Part shown: positions 33,831-42,873 of the stretch, one piece after another | Position numbering within the stretch: the first letter of the stretch is position 1 | How the letters are laid out: each line of letters begins with the position of its first letter | DNA from: Escherichia coli | GTDB taxonomy: Bacteria > Pseudomonadota > Gammaproteobacteria > Enterobacterales > Enterobacteriaceae | Reading direction: 5' to 3' (one strand) | NCBI RefSeq assembly: GCF_030013205.1 | Contig: NZ_CP122648.1 | Length of the DNA: 64,000 nt | Translations under genes and position numbers: made by a program | The notes under the pieces: generated by a model | What the model saw: the letters and a program-made list of their open reading frames with translations, nothing else | The model's database searches: none | Told to the model about the DNA's origin: nothing

Positions 33831-33878
33831 TCAGGGGAAGGTAAAAAAGAATGCGAAGAAAAACGGTGTGTGTTTCAT
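33831..33878 (-). CDS. pheL: pheA leader peptide PheL (15 aa, Phe-rich)
   Basis: Reverse complement reads ATGAAACACACACCGTTTTTCTTCGCATTCTTTTTTACCTTCCCCTGA (MKHTPFFFAFFFTFP). Confidence 0.9.
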   Translation of the reverse strand: MKHTPFFFAFFFTFP

Positions 33879-33935
33879 GTTTGTTTCCTTAAGTGACTTT
33901 AGTACAGTACCCGTACTGTTTTCACGCTGTCAACA

Positions 33936-33960
33936 AAAAACGCGCCCGAAGGTGCGTTGT
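33936..33960 (-). terminator. Terminator of the upstream backbone gene (raiA-type), now directly abutting the prophage end
   Basis: Minus strand ACGCACCTTCGGGCGCGTTTTTTG immediately before the pheL promoter TTGACA (approximate coordinates). Confidence 0.6.
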
Positions 33961-34046
33961 AAAACCCACTGAATTCAATGTTTTCCCTTTGTTTTCAGTG
34001 GGTTTTGTTATTGGTGGGGGTTACTGATTACCCTATAAAACCCACT
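33961..34046. repeat. Putative prophage attL / integrase arm-site region with AAAACCCACT repeats
   Basis: AAAACCCACTGAA and its reverse complement TTCAGTGGGTTTT form a 13-bp inverted repeat; a third direct copy AAAACCCACT overlaps the int stop codon (approximate coordinates). Confidence 0.5.
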
Positions 34047-35035
34047 TATGTGGATGAAATGTGGATGCCTCCTTTTAATGGATTAAGTGAAATTGCATCC
34101 TGGAGGAAATCAGGAGCGAGGTGCGCATAGGTCATAGTTTGCTGGATCGTGGCGTGCCCCATAATTCGCTGGAGCGTAAGTATATTTCCTCCATTAATCA
34201 TAAAGTGAGCAGCAAAGGTATGGCGTAGAACATGTACAGCCTGTCCTTTTGGTAGGTCTGGCTTAACACTGCGAAGCACCTTGCGATATTCTTCATAATT
34301 GACGTCAAACAAAAGGCCGGATTTCTTTGTTTTGATCTCACTAACAACTTCATCAGAGACAGGAATAATTCGAACTTTTCCGTTTTTAGTTTTGTTAAAC
34401 GTCACGCGATTATTGATGATGTGTTCCGCGCGCAGATTTTTCGCTTCTCCCCATCTCGCCCCAGTACTGAGACAAAGTAGCGTAATCCGCCGAGCATCAC
34501 CGCTTACTGCATCCAGCAATTTGGCGATTTCTTCCGTAGTGAGGTACGTCATTTCGGGTGATTTTCGTTTCAAAGAGGGGAGGGCGCGGAGTGGATTTTC
34601 TCCGTGAAATTCTCCGGCATTTGCCAGGAGTGTAAACATTCCTCCGAGATCCGACTCATCACGCCGAACAGTAGACTCTTTTACTCCCAAGGATAAACGG
34701 GAGCTTCGATAAGCTGCCATGAAACGAGCATTAATCTGGCTAACCCTTGGATCATTCATTTCTTTGATGATTTTTTTCAATCTGGTTAGAACGCCGTTAG
34801 CATATGGCTTATTGCGTCCACCCAATTCCCACCATAACGGAAGCAGATCTGAGAGATGACGTTGCTCTGTTGGCTTTTCAAGCCATTCCTTATCGTGCAT
34901 GTGGCTGAGAACATAGCGCTCAAAGGCCACTGCATCTGCCTTTTTCTTAAAAATCCGCTGGATCCGACGTCCACTTCGGCCACGCGGTCTAACATCCACT
35001 TTATACCGTCCACCATCGAGTGCTTTAATTGCCAT
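34046..35035 (-). CDS. int: P2-type prophage integrase (tyrosine recombinase)
   Basis: Probable start MAIKALDGGRYKVDVRPRGRSGRRIQ...; C-terminus ...HVLRHTFAAHFMINGGNILTLQRIMGHATIQQTMTYAHLAPDFLQDAISLNPL matches P2 Int as recalled. Confidence 0.9.
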   Translation of the reverse strand: MAIKALDGGRYKVDVRPRGRSGRRIQRIFKKKADAVAFERYVLSHMHDKEWLEKPTEQRHLSDLLPLWWELGGRNKPYANGVLTRLKKIIKEMNDPRVSQINARFMAAYRSSRLSLGVKESTVRRDESDLGGMFTLLANAGEFHGENPLRALPSLKRKSPEMTYLTTEEIAKLLDAVSGDARRITLLCLSTGARWGEAKNLRAEHIINNRVTFNKTKNGKVRIIPVSDEVVSEIKTKKSGLLFDVNYEEYRKVLRSVKPDLPKGQAVHVLRHTFAAHFMINGGNILTLQRIMGHATIQQTMTYAHLAPDFLQDAISLNPLKGGIHISST

Positions 35036-35101
35036 TGGCAAGCCCTCCGGTGAAACGAGGAAAGACATTTCCAGTTTGTAAAACGTAAGAATAATAAAGG
35101 G

Positions 35102-35404
35102 TTAACCAATTTTCCTTTCGGATGGGGGTAAATCCGTTGGTTCTTGCCCATAGTGTGCGAGAGCCGGAGCTATCTGCCCGGATTCAGGCGCAATTTTTCC
35201 AGTCATAAACCACAACGCATATTTCTCAAATCTGGGGTTGTTTAGTATTTGCTCAATTACTTCAGCATTAGGGATAGTTTTACCGCTTTCATATCTCCAC
35301 AGAGCATCACGGTTTAAACCAAGCATTTTTGCTGTATCCGGGAGGCTAGTAAGTCTCTCGCTTTCACGCATGATTTTTATGCGCTCTCCAATAGTCATAC
35401 GCAT
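35102..35404 (-). CDS. C: P2 C-type immunity repressor
   Basis: ...MTIGERIKIMRESERLTSLPDTAKMLGLNRDALWRYESGKTIPNAEVIEQILNNPRFEKYALWFMTGKIAPESGQIAPALAHYGQ... resembles P2 C; start codon choice uncertain (35404 or 35397). Confidence 0.8.
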   Translation of the reverse strand: MRMTIGERIKIMRESERLTSLPDTAKMLGLNRDALWRYESGKTIPNAEVIEQILNNPRFEKYALWFMTGKIAPESGQIAPALAHYGQEPTDLPPSERKIG

Positions 35405-35499
35405 GTTGCAATTCTCCAACGTCTGTATTAATGTTTATACAAATGAGTTTGATTTGGGGCATCCGTCGCAAGAAATACCCCAAACAGGGAGATTATCAC

Positions 35500-35826
35500 A
35501 TGAATGAAGAACTATTGAGGGCATTGTTTAAGATCCCGGACCCCATCACCGTCGATGAGTTTTCCCGCCGCACAGGTAAGACCGAATCAGCCGTAAGAAA
35601 GTTGGTAGAGCGTCGACTCATCCCTCTAACTACTGAGCGCGAGGTTTTAGGCGAGGAAGGGAGTTCGCGCCGTCTTCTCATCCTTTGGAATGAGTGGCTC
35701 GAAATGGTCTATGACGCAACGAAACAGCTTCCTCCTGAGCGTAAAGATTGGCGCAATCACTGGCTTAAGAAAGCCAAGAAGCTGGCGGAAGATTTGGGAT
35801 TAGGCTTCCTTAATTTTGCTGCATGA
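35500..35826 (+). CDS. cox: Cox-like excisionase / transcriptional regulator
   Basis: Divergent from C; MNEELLRALFKIPDPITVDEFSRRTGKTESAVRKLVERRLIPL... resembles P2 Cox; Shine-Dalgarno AGGGAG upstream. Confidence 0.65.
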   Translation: MNEELLRALFKIPDPITVDEFSRRTGKTESAVRKLVERRLIPLTTEREVLGEEGSSRRLLILWNEWLEMVYDATKQLPPERKDWRNHWLKKAKKLAEDLGLGFLNFAA

Positions 35827-35844
35827 GATGCAGGGAGTTTTGAT

Positions 35845-36186
35845 ATGAAACAGCAACGTAATTCACGCTTTCGTAATGGTGCTGAACGCCACGCTAACCG
35901 TTTCGCTACCAGTGCATCACGCAGCAACATCCGCTACAGCCTGAGCGAAACACACGCAACGCCGGATGGCTACCCAGTAAAACAAATCGGCGAGCACGCC
36001 TGGTTGATTGAGAAAGCTGGAATCGTGGTCCACAAATGCCCACACAATCCGTTTACCGGAAACCGCATTTTTGCACTAAGCAGCGGCGACAATCAGTTCG
36101 GACAGGATTTCACATTGTACGAAGCACTTCGTACAGTTGATCGTCTGCTTCGCGGACAAAGTTTTATTAAACAGGCTGATTTATAA
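35845..36186 (+). CDS. Hypothetical prophage early protein
   Basis: 113-aa ORF in the early operon; no family recognised. Confidence 0.45.
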   Translation: MKQQRNSRFRNGAERHANRFATSASRSNIRYSLSETHATPDGYPVKQIGEHAWLIEKAGIVVHKCPHNPFTGNRIFALSSGDNQFGQDFTLYEALRTVDRLLRGQSFIKQADL

Positions 36187-36196
36187 CAGGTGCTTT

Positions 36197-36475
36197 ATGA
36201 CCAAAGAGCATGCACAAGGTGTATTTATCCGTTTTATTGATTTTCGCGGTGAACTGTTATTACGCGCATCGGCTATTGATGCTGTAGTTCCGGCAGAAAA
36301 AGATGTGGCCACTTACCTTTATCTGAACGGCACGCGATTGTTTGTGGAACTTCCGTACCAGACCGTACGCGAAATCATTAACGAAGCTGAAAAGGCACGT
36401 CAGGTTAATGGCGATGAACCATATATCGAAATTATCTGCATGGATTCAGAAACTGAAATTCAGAAAGCAGATTAA
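36197..36475 (+). CDS. Hypothetical prophage early protein
   Basis: MTKEHAQGVFIRFIDFRGELLLRASAIDAVVPAEKD...; no family recognised. Confidence 0.45.
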   Translation: MTKEHAQGVFIRFIDFRGELLLRASAIDAVVPAEKDVATYLYLNGTRLFVELPYQTVREIINEAEKARQVNGDEPYIEIICMDSETEIQKAD

Positions 36476-36486
36476 AGGGCGTTGCG

Positions 36487-36729
36487 ATGGGCAAAGAATA
36501 TAAAACTCTCATTAACAAAGCACTTGAGCGTTTTTATTTTCGCTTAAGTGCATCAGGCGCTCATGCTGAACGTGCAGCCCGCGACTCATTGACCAGGGCA
36601 ATTCGGAGTCTGTATGACGTGGCTTTTTACGCTGATGATCTGGATGCACTTAACGAACTTTCCGAGCTGATCTGTGCCGCAGAATGCGGGGAACATATTG
36701 AACCGTATAAGCTGGGGAATATTGCATGA
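36487..36729 (+). CDS. Hypothetical prophage early protein
   Basis: 80-aa ORF MGKEYKTLINKALERFYFRLSASGAHAERAARDSL... Confidence 0.4.
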   Translation: MGKEYKTLINKALERFYFRLSASGAHAERAARDSLTRAIRSLYDVAFYADDLDALNELSELICAAECGEHIEPYKLGNIA

Positions 36730-36839
36730 GTATATTTATCTCATGGCTTGTTCTGATTATTTCGGTGGCCTGCGCCATTGGGATTATGCGAATTATTAAT
36801 TCAGTAAAAAAGATTGAACGCTTTTTCACTGGTGAATAA
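36726..36839 (+). CDS. Small hydrophobic peptide (37 aa), possible membrane-active protein
   Basis: Not in the ORF track (under 60 aa); ATG overlaps the previous stop; MSIFISWLVLIISVACAIGIMRIINSVKKIERFFTGE is one predicted transmembrane helix with a charged tail. Confidence 0.3.
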   Translation: MSIFISWLVLIISVACAIGIMRIINSVKKIERFFTGE

Positions 36840-36925
36840 CAGCGCAAATAAAACCACAGGTTAAATAAGAAAATGTAAAAACAATCCGCATTCGCGGAGG
36901 TATTCGCACACGCCAAGGAGGCGCA

Positions 36926-37129
36926 ATGGCAATTAAGCATTTTCCCGTCGTTCGTTTCACTTCCAGAGGACGTGAATACGAGGTCGACGAACGCCTGATT
37001 ACCACAATCGACAAACACCGTTCAGAACAGGATGCACATCACATCTATCTCACTGACGGCACTTACTTCTGCGCCACGAATGTGGTGCGGGTGAACCTTA
37101 TCCGACAGGTACAGGAGTCACGCAGATGA
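36926..37129 (+). CDS. Hypothetical prophage early protein
   Basis: 67-aa ORF; stop overlaps the next gene start. Confidence 0.4.
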   Translation: MAIKHFPVVRFTSRGREYEVDERLITTIDKHRSEQDAHHIYLTDGTYFCATNVVRVNLIRQVQESRR

Positions 37130-37371
37130 CCATTCTGGACTACATCGCCGCCAATCCGGGTTGTAGCGGTGGAGAAATCGCCGCAGCACTGAATACCCCA
37201 ACCACAGCCATTAATGCGGAGTTACGCCGACTCTGGCGCAGCGGTTCAGTCATAAGAAAAGAGCGCAAAACAGGCGGTCGCTTTTCTTACCAGATAAACC
37301 CGATGCCGTTCGGGTGCGGCAATCCACTTACCAACATGTTTAACCAGCTACTGAAGGAAGCCAGAGCATGA
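37126..37371 (+). CDS. Small winged-helix-like DNA-binding protein
   Basis: MTILDYIAANPGCSGGEIAAALNTPTTAINAELRRLWRSGSVIRKERK... (HTH-like). Confidence 0.45.
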   Translation: MTILDYIAANPGCSGGEIAAALNTPTTAINAELRRLWRSGSVIRKERKTGGRFSYQINPMPFGCGNPLTNMFNQLLKEARA

Positions 37372-37667
37372 GCGCCATCAACCACCAGGAATTACGCGAA
37401 CTGGCGACTGACCTGCAACGAATGGCAACGCCTCAAAAATTACTGGCGTTTCGCGCAATGCTCTCGCCGTCTGCTGTGCTGGCGCTGCTGGATGAGCTGG
37501 AGCACGCCAGAACCACACCTCTCGCCATTCGCCTGACGCTCCATCATGAAATCGCTGATTTCTGCGCGACATTGGAGGCGCCAGGCGAACCGGAAACGCC
37601 GGAAGCAATACAGCAAGAGCTGCTGCAACGCATTGACAAGGTTTTTGATTTTTTTCTGAACCACTAA
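37368..37667 (+). CDS. Hypothetical prophage early protein
   Basis: 99-aa ORF translationally coupled to the previous gene. Confidence 0.4.
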   Translation: MSAINHQELRELATDLQRMATPQKLLAFRAMLSPSAVLALLDELEHARTTPLAIRLTLHHEIADFCATLEAPGEPETPEAIQQELLQRIDKVFDFFLNH

Positions 37668-37989
37668 GAAACCAGAACATGCACACACAAAAAAACCGCT
37701 TGCCATGCCGTAATCAGTCAGGTTACATTTCCGCTGCACCTCATAAAACGGGTGCCGGGATTCTCAACCCGATACAGAGCAAAGCGCATAACCGCGCCAG
37801 CGGTTTTTTTGTGCGTACTGTATTGCCACGTCTTTTTCGCGTCAGAATTATGGCGGGGCGTACGGGGCCGACTTCGGTCGGGCCGGATTCTTTGCTCTCC
37901 GGTGTTGAGAACCCTGTACGTCTCGCCACCCCGAGATTCTCAACTCTGGATGGTGAGTTATTTCTATCACCGAGCAAAGAGGCCACACC

Positions 37990-38220
37990 ATGGCAAACCG
38001 CAAACAGCACCGCGCATACGCTGCGCGTCGTCACATCCAGACTGAAATCAACCGCAGACTTTCCCGCGCATTCCGCGTCGCTAAAATCATGCACATCAAT
38101 ATGCTGCATGAGCGTAGCTGCGAACTTTCAAACCTCTATTCATCCGCTGTTTTCAGCTATCTGGCGGATGATCTGCGCGAGCTTCAGCAGCTCTTCCAGC
38201 AGCAAAACAAACCCCATTAA
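37990..38220 (+). CDS. Hypothetical small basic protein
   Basis: 76-aa ORF MANRKQHRAYAARRHIQTEINRRLSRAF...; preferred over the overlapping Ser-rich 205-aa ORF. Confidence 0.35.
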   Translation: MANRKQHRAYAARRHIQTEINRRLSRAFRVAKIMHINMLHERSCELSNLYSSAVFSYLADDLRELQQLFQQQNKPH

Positions 38221-38292
38221 TTCCTGTTCCGGGCCTTTCCTGCACCTTGCGGCGGGAGGCCTTCGCACATCTGTAGTAAAGAGAATTGCAGC

Positions 38293-38682
38293 ATGATTGA
38301 CGCTCATGACTTCACAAGATGGGTGCGCACACAGGACACCCGTCTGGCTCCCGTTCTTCAGGGATTATTTGATCTCTACATCCGTGGTCGTGACAACAGA
38401 GCACGCACCACAAAACCGGAGAATGCAGACACCCTTTATTTCACAGTAGACGACTGCTACCGCGTGGACTTCACACCACACGGGCTGGCGTTGCACTGCC
38501 TGACACCACACGGCGAATCACTACTGGCGTATTACGACTCCCCGGCCTCCGTATTTGCGGCAATGCTGGCGCATCGCACTGCTGGCGGGTGTGCCTCGCT
38601 GAGTGAATACACCGCTGAATTTGACCGCCTTTCCGCCATCTTCTCGCAGGAGTGGCAGCGCGTGACGGGATACCAGCCATGA
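38293..38682 (+). CDS. Hypothetical protein immediately upstream of gpA (P2 gpB position)
   Basis: 129-aa ORF; stop overlaps the gpA start. Confidence 0.45.
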   Translation: MIDAHDFTRWVRTQDTRLAPVLQGLFDLYIRGRDNRARTTKPENADTLYFTVDDCYRVDFTPHGLALHCLTPHGESLLAYYDSPASVFAAMLAHRTAGGCASLSEYTAEFDRLSAIFSQEWQRVTGYQP

Positions 38683-41504
38683 GTGAGTTTGCATGGAGCT
38701 GGAATGAACCACGACCAGCCATTGATCCGGCCAGATTTACGGAGCGCAGGCAGGAAACTGAAACCGACTTGCAACGCGCCATCCGTTACTACCTTGAGGC
38801 GGACAAAAAGGCCCGGGAAGAACAGGAAGCGAAGGAGGAAGCCTTTTTCGCACAATCCGCCATGGGTAAAAAACTCATGGCATCCCTTGAGGAAGCCGGA
38901 CAGCGTGAAAAGCTGGCACAGAGCATCATCAGTAAGCGCCGGGCAACAGAACAAGACCCAGTAGCCCGTGCCTTTGCCACACTAAAGGCACTACCTGTTT
39001 ATCTGCGTGAACCACTGAGCCGCCACCTCTCTTTCCTGCGCAAAAAACAGGAAGCCGATCGCCAGAAAGGCAAAAAGAGCTGGCAGGCGGAACGCTATGC
39101 ACGCGGAACCCTGCGCAAAATATTCGAACGTCTAGATCGCACTGACGGACGCTGGCTGACACCGGGTTATCGCTCCCTTGCCGGGCGCGAACGCCTGGAC
39201 GATTTGCTTTACCTGCCGCAGCTCAACAAGCACCAGATACAGACGCTGGCCACCATGACCGCGGCGATGTTCAGCAGCACCTTCGAAACACTCTGCGATG
39301 GCTTTGGTGCCAGAGATGGCGAGCTGACCATGGATGTAATGTTGAAGGCTTACCGGATGCTGGCTCGTATCGCATTACGCCTGCACATCATGCCGCCACA
39401 TTACGAAGCCCTGAACAAGAGCGAACCGGATACGGAACTGCTGCCGGGCGCAATCCTTCGCCTGACCTGTGCGGACTGGTGGAAACGCAAACTGTGGCTG
39501 TTACGTTGCGAGTGGAGAGAAGAACAACTCCGCGCCGCCTGTCTGGTTTCCAGAAAAACATCACCCTATCTGAGCCAGGACGCGTTAAGCGAGTTTCGCG
39601 CACAGCGCGAGAAAACACGCGATTTCCTGAAAAGTTTCATGCTGGAAAATGAAGACGGGTTCACGATTGATCTCGAGACGGTGTATTACGCGGGAGTAAG
39701 TAACCCGGTTCACCGTAAGGCAGAAATGATGGCCACCATGAAGGGACTGGAACTTCTGGCCGAAGCCCGTGGCGACAGAGCGGTGTTTCTGACTGTCACC
39801 TGCCCGTCAAAATACCACGCAACAACGGAGAACGGTCATCCGAATCCCAAATGGAACGGGGCCACCATGCGCGACTCCAGCGATTACCTGGTTAACACGT
39901 TTTTTGCGGCGGTCCGCAAGAAACTGAACCGCGACGGCCTGCGCTGGTATGGCATCCGCACGGTGGAGCCTCACCATGACGGCACCGTGCACTGGCATAT
40001 GATGGTCTTTGCCCATCCGGAAGAAATCGACACCATTGTGTCCCACACCCGCGATATTGCCATTCAGGAAGATCGTCACGAGCTGGGCGATGATATTACT
40101 CCGCGCTTTAAGGCGGAGTATGTAGACGGCTCAAAAGGCACGCCAACCAGCTACATCGCCACCTACATCGGAAAGAACCTGGACAGCCGCGCCGTGGATG
40201 GCATCGACCCGAAAACAGGCAAACCACGCGTTGACCACGAAACCGGAAAATCAATGGCCGAGAGCGTGGAGCGCGCCATCGGCTGGGCGCGCCTTCACCG
40301 GGTCCGCCAGTTCCAGTTCTTTGGCATCCCATCCCGTCAGGTGTGGCGTGAACTGCGCCGCCTTGCCAGCCAGATGGCACGCAACCCGGAAGGCCCGCAA
40401 CGGCTGAAGGATGACGCAATGGACGCGGTTCTTGCTGCCGCTGATGCCGGATGTTTTGCCACCTACATTGAGAAACAGGGCGGCGTACTTGTTCCACGCA
40501 AAGACTACCTGATTCGCACCGCCTACGACCTCGCAGATGAGCTGAACGATTACGGCGAACAGAGCGTACAGATTTACGGGATCTGGTCACCACTCATCGG
40601 GGAATCCTCCCGTGTGTGCACGCACCCGGATAACTGGAAGCTGGTAAGACGTAAACCGGAAGCGGAAGACAGCACCCGCGAAAATGGTTTTGACCTTCAG
40701 GGCGGCCCTGCCGCCCCTTGGACTCGTGGCAATAACTGTCCCCGTGTACAGGAAGCAGGCAACAGCGGGACAGAACTGTCGGAAGAGCAACCAACACCGT
40801 GGCCGCAGATCCCTGACGGCGTTGATGTGGATGAATGGATGCGCTCACTGAAACGGCACGAACGCCGGGCGCTGATGCGTTCGCTGCGTGACAAACAGGC
40901 AAAAAACAGCAGTGATGAAATGCAGAGCTGGACACAGAGCCGCAAACAGCAGCGGCCTTTGCCTGATAACCACGAATTACTCGCTAAAGAATGGCGGGAG
41001 TCTGCCGAATCTCTCGGCCTGCATATCGGTGAACAGCAGATGCAGCACCTGTTACGGGGCGGCAGCCTGTACGTTGACGGCAGCATCATTGCACCGCAGG
41101 GATTTGAAATTGTACGCAAACCGGATACCCGCCCGGACAGCCGAATCACGCAGCTCTGGCAGCGCCTGAGCCGTAATCATGGCGTAAGCAGCACGGAGAT
41201 CCGCCATAACCCGGTCGCCAGCTATCTGACACAGCTGGGGGCATCAGACCCTGAAGCCGCCGCACGCCTGGCATCCACACTTCAGCAGGACCAGAACACC
41301 ATGAAAACCCCCGTTACCGTGCTTTCTGACATGCTGCGCGCCATCCGTGACGCAGAGCACGCACAGAGAATCAGTGAAACAACTGAACGCGCCCGCCGCA
41401 AAGCAGACCTGCTGCGGGGTGGCCTGATCAGTGGAAACAAAAAACAGACAGAAACGGGATTCACAAATCCCGTAAATGAGCAAAAAACGTGCCGCGATGT
41501 ATGA
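38679..41504 (+). CDS. A: Rolling-circle replication initiator (P2 gpA-like endonuclease)
   Basis: HUH-type motif ...GTVHWHMMVF... and catalytic-tyrosine region ...SYIATYIGKN...; about 940 aa. Confidence 0.8.
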   Translation: MSEFAWSWNEPRPAIDPARFTERRQETETDLQRAIRYYLEADKKAREEQEAKEEAFFAQSAMGKKLMASLEEAGQREKLAQSIISKRRATEQDPVARAFATLKALPVYLREPLSRHLSFLRKKQEADRQKGKKSWQAERYARGTLRKIFERLDRTDGRWLTPGYRSLAGRERLDDLLYLPQLNKHQIQTLATMTAAMFSSTFETLCDGFGARDGELTMDVMLKAYRMLARIALRLHIMPPHYEALNKSEPDTELLPGAILRLTCADWWKRKLWLLRCEWREEQLRAACLVSRKTSPYLSQDALSEFRAQREKTRDFLKSFMLENEDGFTIDLETVYYAGVSNPVHRKAEMMATMKGLELLAEARGDRAVFLTVTCPSKYHATTENGHPNPKWNGATMRDSSDYLVNTFFAAVRKKLNRDGLRWYGIRTVEPHHDGTVHWHMMVFAHPEEIDTIVSHTRDIAIQEDRHELGDDITPRFKAEYVDGSKGTPTSYIATYIGKNLDSRAVDGIDPKTGKPRVDHETGKSMAESVERAIGWARLHRVRQFQFFGIPSRQVWRELRRLASQMARNPEGPQRLKDDAMDAVLAAADAGCFATYIEKQGGVLVPRKDYLIRTAYDLADELNDYGEQSVQIYGIWSPLIGESSRVCTHPDNWKLVRRKPEAEDSTRENGFDLQGGPAAPWTRGNNCPRVQEAGNSGTELSEEQPTPWPQIPDGVDVDEWMRSLKRHERRALMRSLRDKQAKNSSDEMQSWTQSRKQQRPLPDNHELLAKEWRESAESLGLHIGEQQMQHLLRGGSLYVDGSIIAPQGFEIVRKPDTRPDSRITQLWQRLSRNHGVSSTEIRHNPVASYLTQLGASDPEAAARLASTLQQDQNTMKTPVTVLSDMLRAIRDAEHAQRISETTERARRKADLLRGGLISGNKKQTETGFTNPVNEQKTCRDV

Positions 41505-41549
41505 AGCGCGCACAAAACAGGCAAAAGCGGGATTCCAGAATCCCGTAAA
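41454..41549. repeat. Two palindromic repeats (GGGATT-N-AATCCCGTAAA) about 73 bp apart, spanning the gpA 3' end and the parM upstream region
   Basis: ACGGGATTCACAAATCCCGTAAA and GCGGGATTCCAGAATCCCGTAAA seen directly (approximate coordinates). Confidence 0.5.
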
Positions 41550-41580
41550 CGGTTAATTAATCAACATAAGGAAAATCGAC

Positions 41581-42540
41581 ATGAAAATTTGTATCGACGA
41601 CGGCTCCACCAACATCAAGCTGGCATGGACTGAGAACGGCGAACGCCGCAACGCCATCAGCCCGAACAGCTTCAAGTCGGAATGGTCTGCGCCGTTCGGT
41701 GGCTCGCAGCCTGCGAACTACATGCTTGATGGCGTGCGCTATGGTTTTGATCCGGTCAGCGATCGCTTTGTCCAGACGACCGACACGCAATACCAGTACA
41801 GCGATGTGAATGTCATTGCCATTCATCACGCGCTGGTCAAATCAGGCATCACGCCTCAGGAGGTGGATGTGGTTGTCACCCTGCCACTGAGCGAGTATTT
41901 CGACACAAACGCACAGCCAGACATGGCCAACATCAACCGCAAAAAAGCGAACGTTATGCGCCCGGTGGAGTACCAGAACGGCGAAGCATTCACTATCCGT
42001 AACGTGCGGGTTATGCCTGAATCCATTCCGGCTGGTTTTAAGGCACTGGCTGACATGAGTCCGTTTGAATCCCTGCTGATTGTGGATTTGGGCGGAACCA
42101 CGCTGGATGTGGCAAAGGTTCAGGGGCAACTGGCAGGTATCAGCCAGGTGTTTTGCGATCCACACGTAGGCGTTTCTCTGATGGCTGATGCCGTGCTGTC
42201 GGTGATGGCCACTAACGGTATGCGTACCAGTCACCACATCGCCAATACCATTATTGAGCACCGTCACGATGAAGCCTGGCTACGCCAGCACATTCACAAT
42301 GACGCGCATTACAACAGCCTGATGGCGGTTATTCGTGAAAAGGAGGAAACACTGAAACAACGCGTGATCCGCGCGCTGGCGGGTTTTTCGGGTTACGGGC
42401 GGGTGATGGTTGTAGGTGGAGGAGCGGAGATTGTGGCACCCGCTATCCGCGAAGCCTGCGGAGTTAATGCGACTTTCATCGCGGACGGGGTGCCACAGTT
42501 TGCTCTGGTTAATGGGCTGTACGCAATGGACAAGGAGTAA
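41581..42540 (+). CDS. parM: ParM/StbA-type actin-like segregation ATPase
   Basis: MKICIDDGSTNIKLAWTENG...YSDVNVIAIHHAL...IVDLGGTTLDV...VMVVGGGAEI...; close to plasmid R1 ParM as recalled. Confidence 0.8.
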   Translation: MKICIDDGSTNIKLAWTENGERRNAISPNSFKSEWSAPFGGSQPANYMLDGVRYGFDPVSDRFVQTTDTQYQYSDVNVIAIHHALVKSGITPQEVDVVVTLPLSEYFDTNAQPDMANINRKKANVMRPVEYQNGEAFTIRNVRVMPESIPAGFKALADMSPFESLLIVDLGGTTLDVAKVQGQLAGISQVFCDPHVGVSLMADAVLSVMATNGMRTSHHIANTIIEHRHDEAWLRQHIHNDAHYNSLMAVIREKEETLKQRVIRALAGFSGYGRVMVVGGGAEIVAPAIREACGVNATFIADGVPQFALVNGLYAMDKE

Positions 42541-42544
42541 ATCA

Positions 42545-42859
42545 ATGACGACACCAACCAGACGGATAAGTTTCTATCTGAAGCCCGCCGTCGTCAAGAG
42601 CGAACGGGAGGCGTGCAGTTACCTCGACAGCCTGCCAGCCTCCGAACGCAGCCGCGCACAACGCGCGGCTTTTCTGGCCGGACTGGCTCTTATAAAACGC
42701 ATCCCCGCGTTGGCGTATTCGCTGGCAGAATGGTCAGAAGACGAAATAAGGATGCCACCGCTACCAGTACAGCCTGAAAAACCGGCGAAACCAGCAGCAG
42801 ACAGCGCCCCCCATATGCAGCAGGTGAAGAAGAATATTCAGGCGTTTTTTCCGAAGTGA
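42545..42859 (+). CDS. parR: ParR-type centromere-binding adaptor
   Basis: MTTPTRRISFYLKPAVVKSEREACSYLDSLPASERSRAQRAAFLAGLAL... resembles R1 ParR (ribbon-helix-helix N-terminus). Confidence 0.7.
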   Translation: MTTPTRRISFYLKPAVVKSEREACSYLDSLPASERSRAQRAAFLAGLALIKRIPALAYSLAEWSEDEIRMPPLPVQPEKPAKPAADSAPHMQQVKKNIQAFFPK

Positions 42860-42873
42860 AAACAGGAGTAACT

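Noticed and set aside
37850-37930. Possible tRNA-like fold (GGCGGGG ... CGCCACC with an internal GGCCGAC-TTCG-GTCGGGCC hairpin)
   Set aside because: No canonical T-loop (GTTCGAATC-type) or D-arm and no clear anticodon arm; kept only as part of the structured-region finding.
37679-38296. 205-aa + strand ORF spanning the prophage early-region gap
   Set aside because: Ser/Ala/Arg-rich low-complexity translation with no start context; it overlaps a more plausible 76-aa ORF and a structure-rich interval, so it is treated as non-coding.
41454-41549. The palindromic repeats as the P2-type replication origin
   Set aside because: Their position immediately upstream of parM fits a centromere or operator at least as well; without functional data the origin interpretation is not supported.
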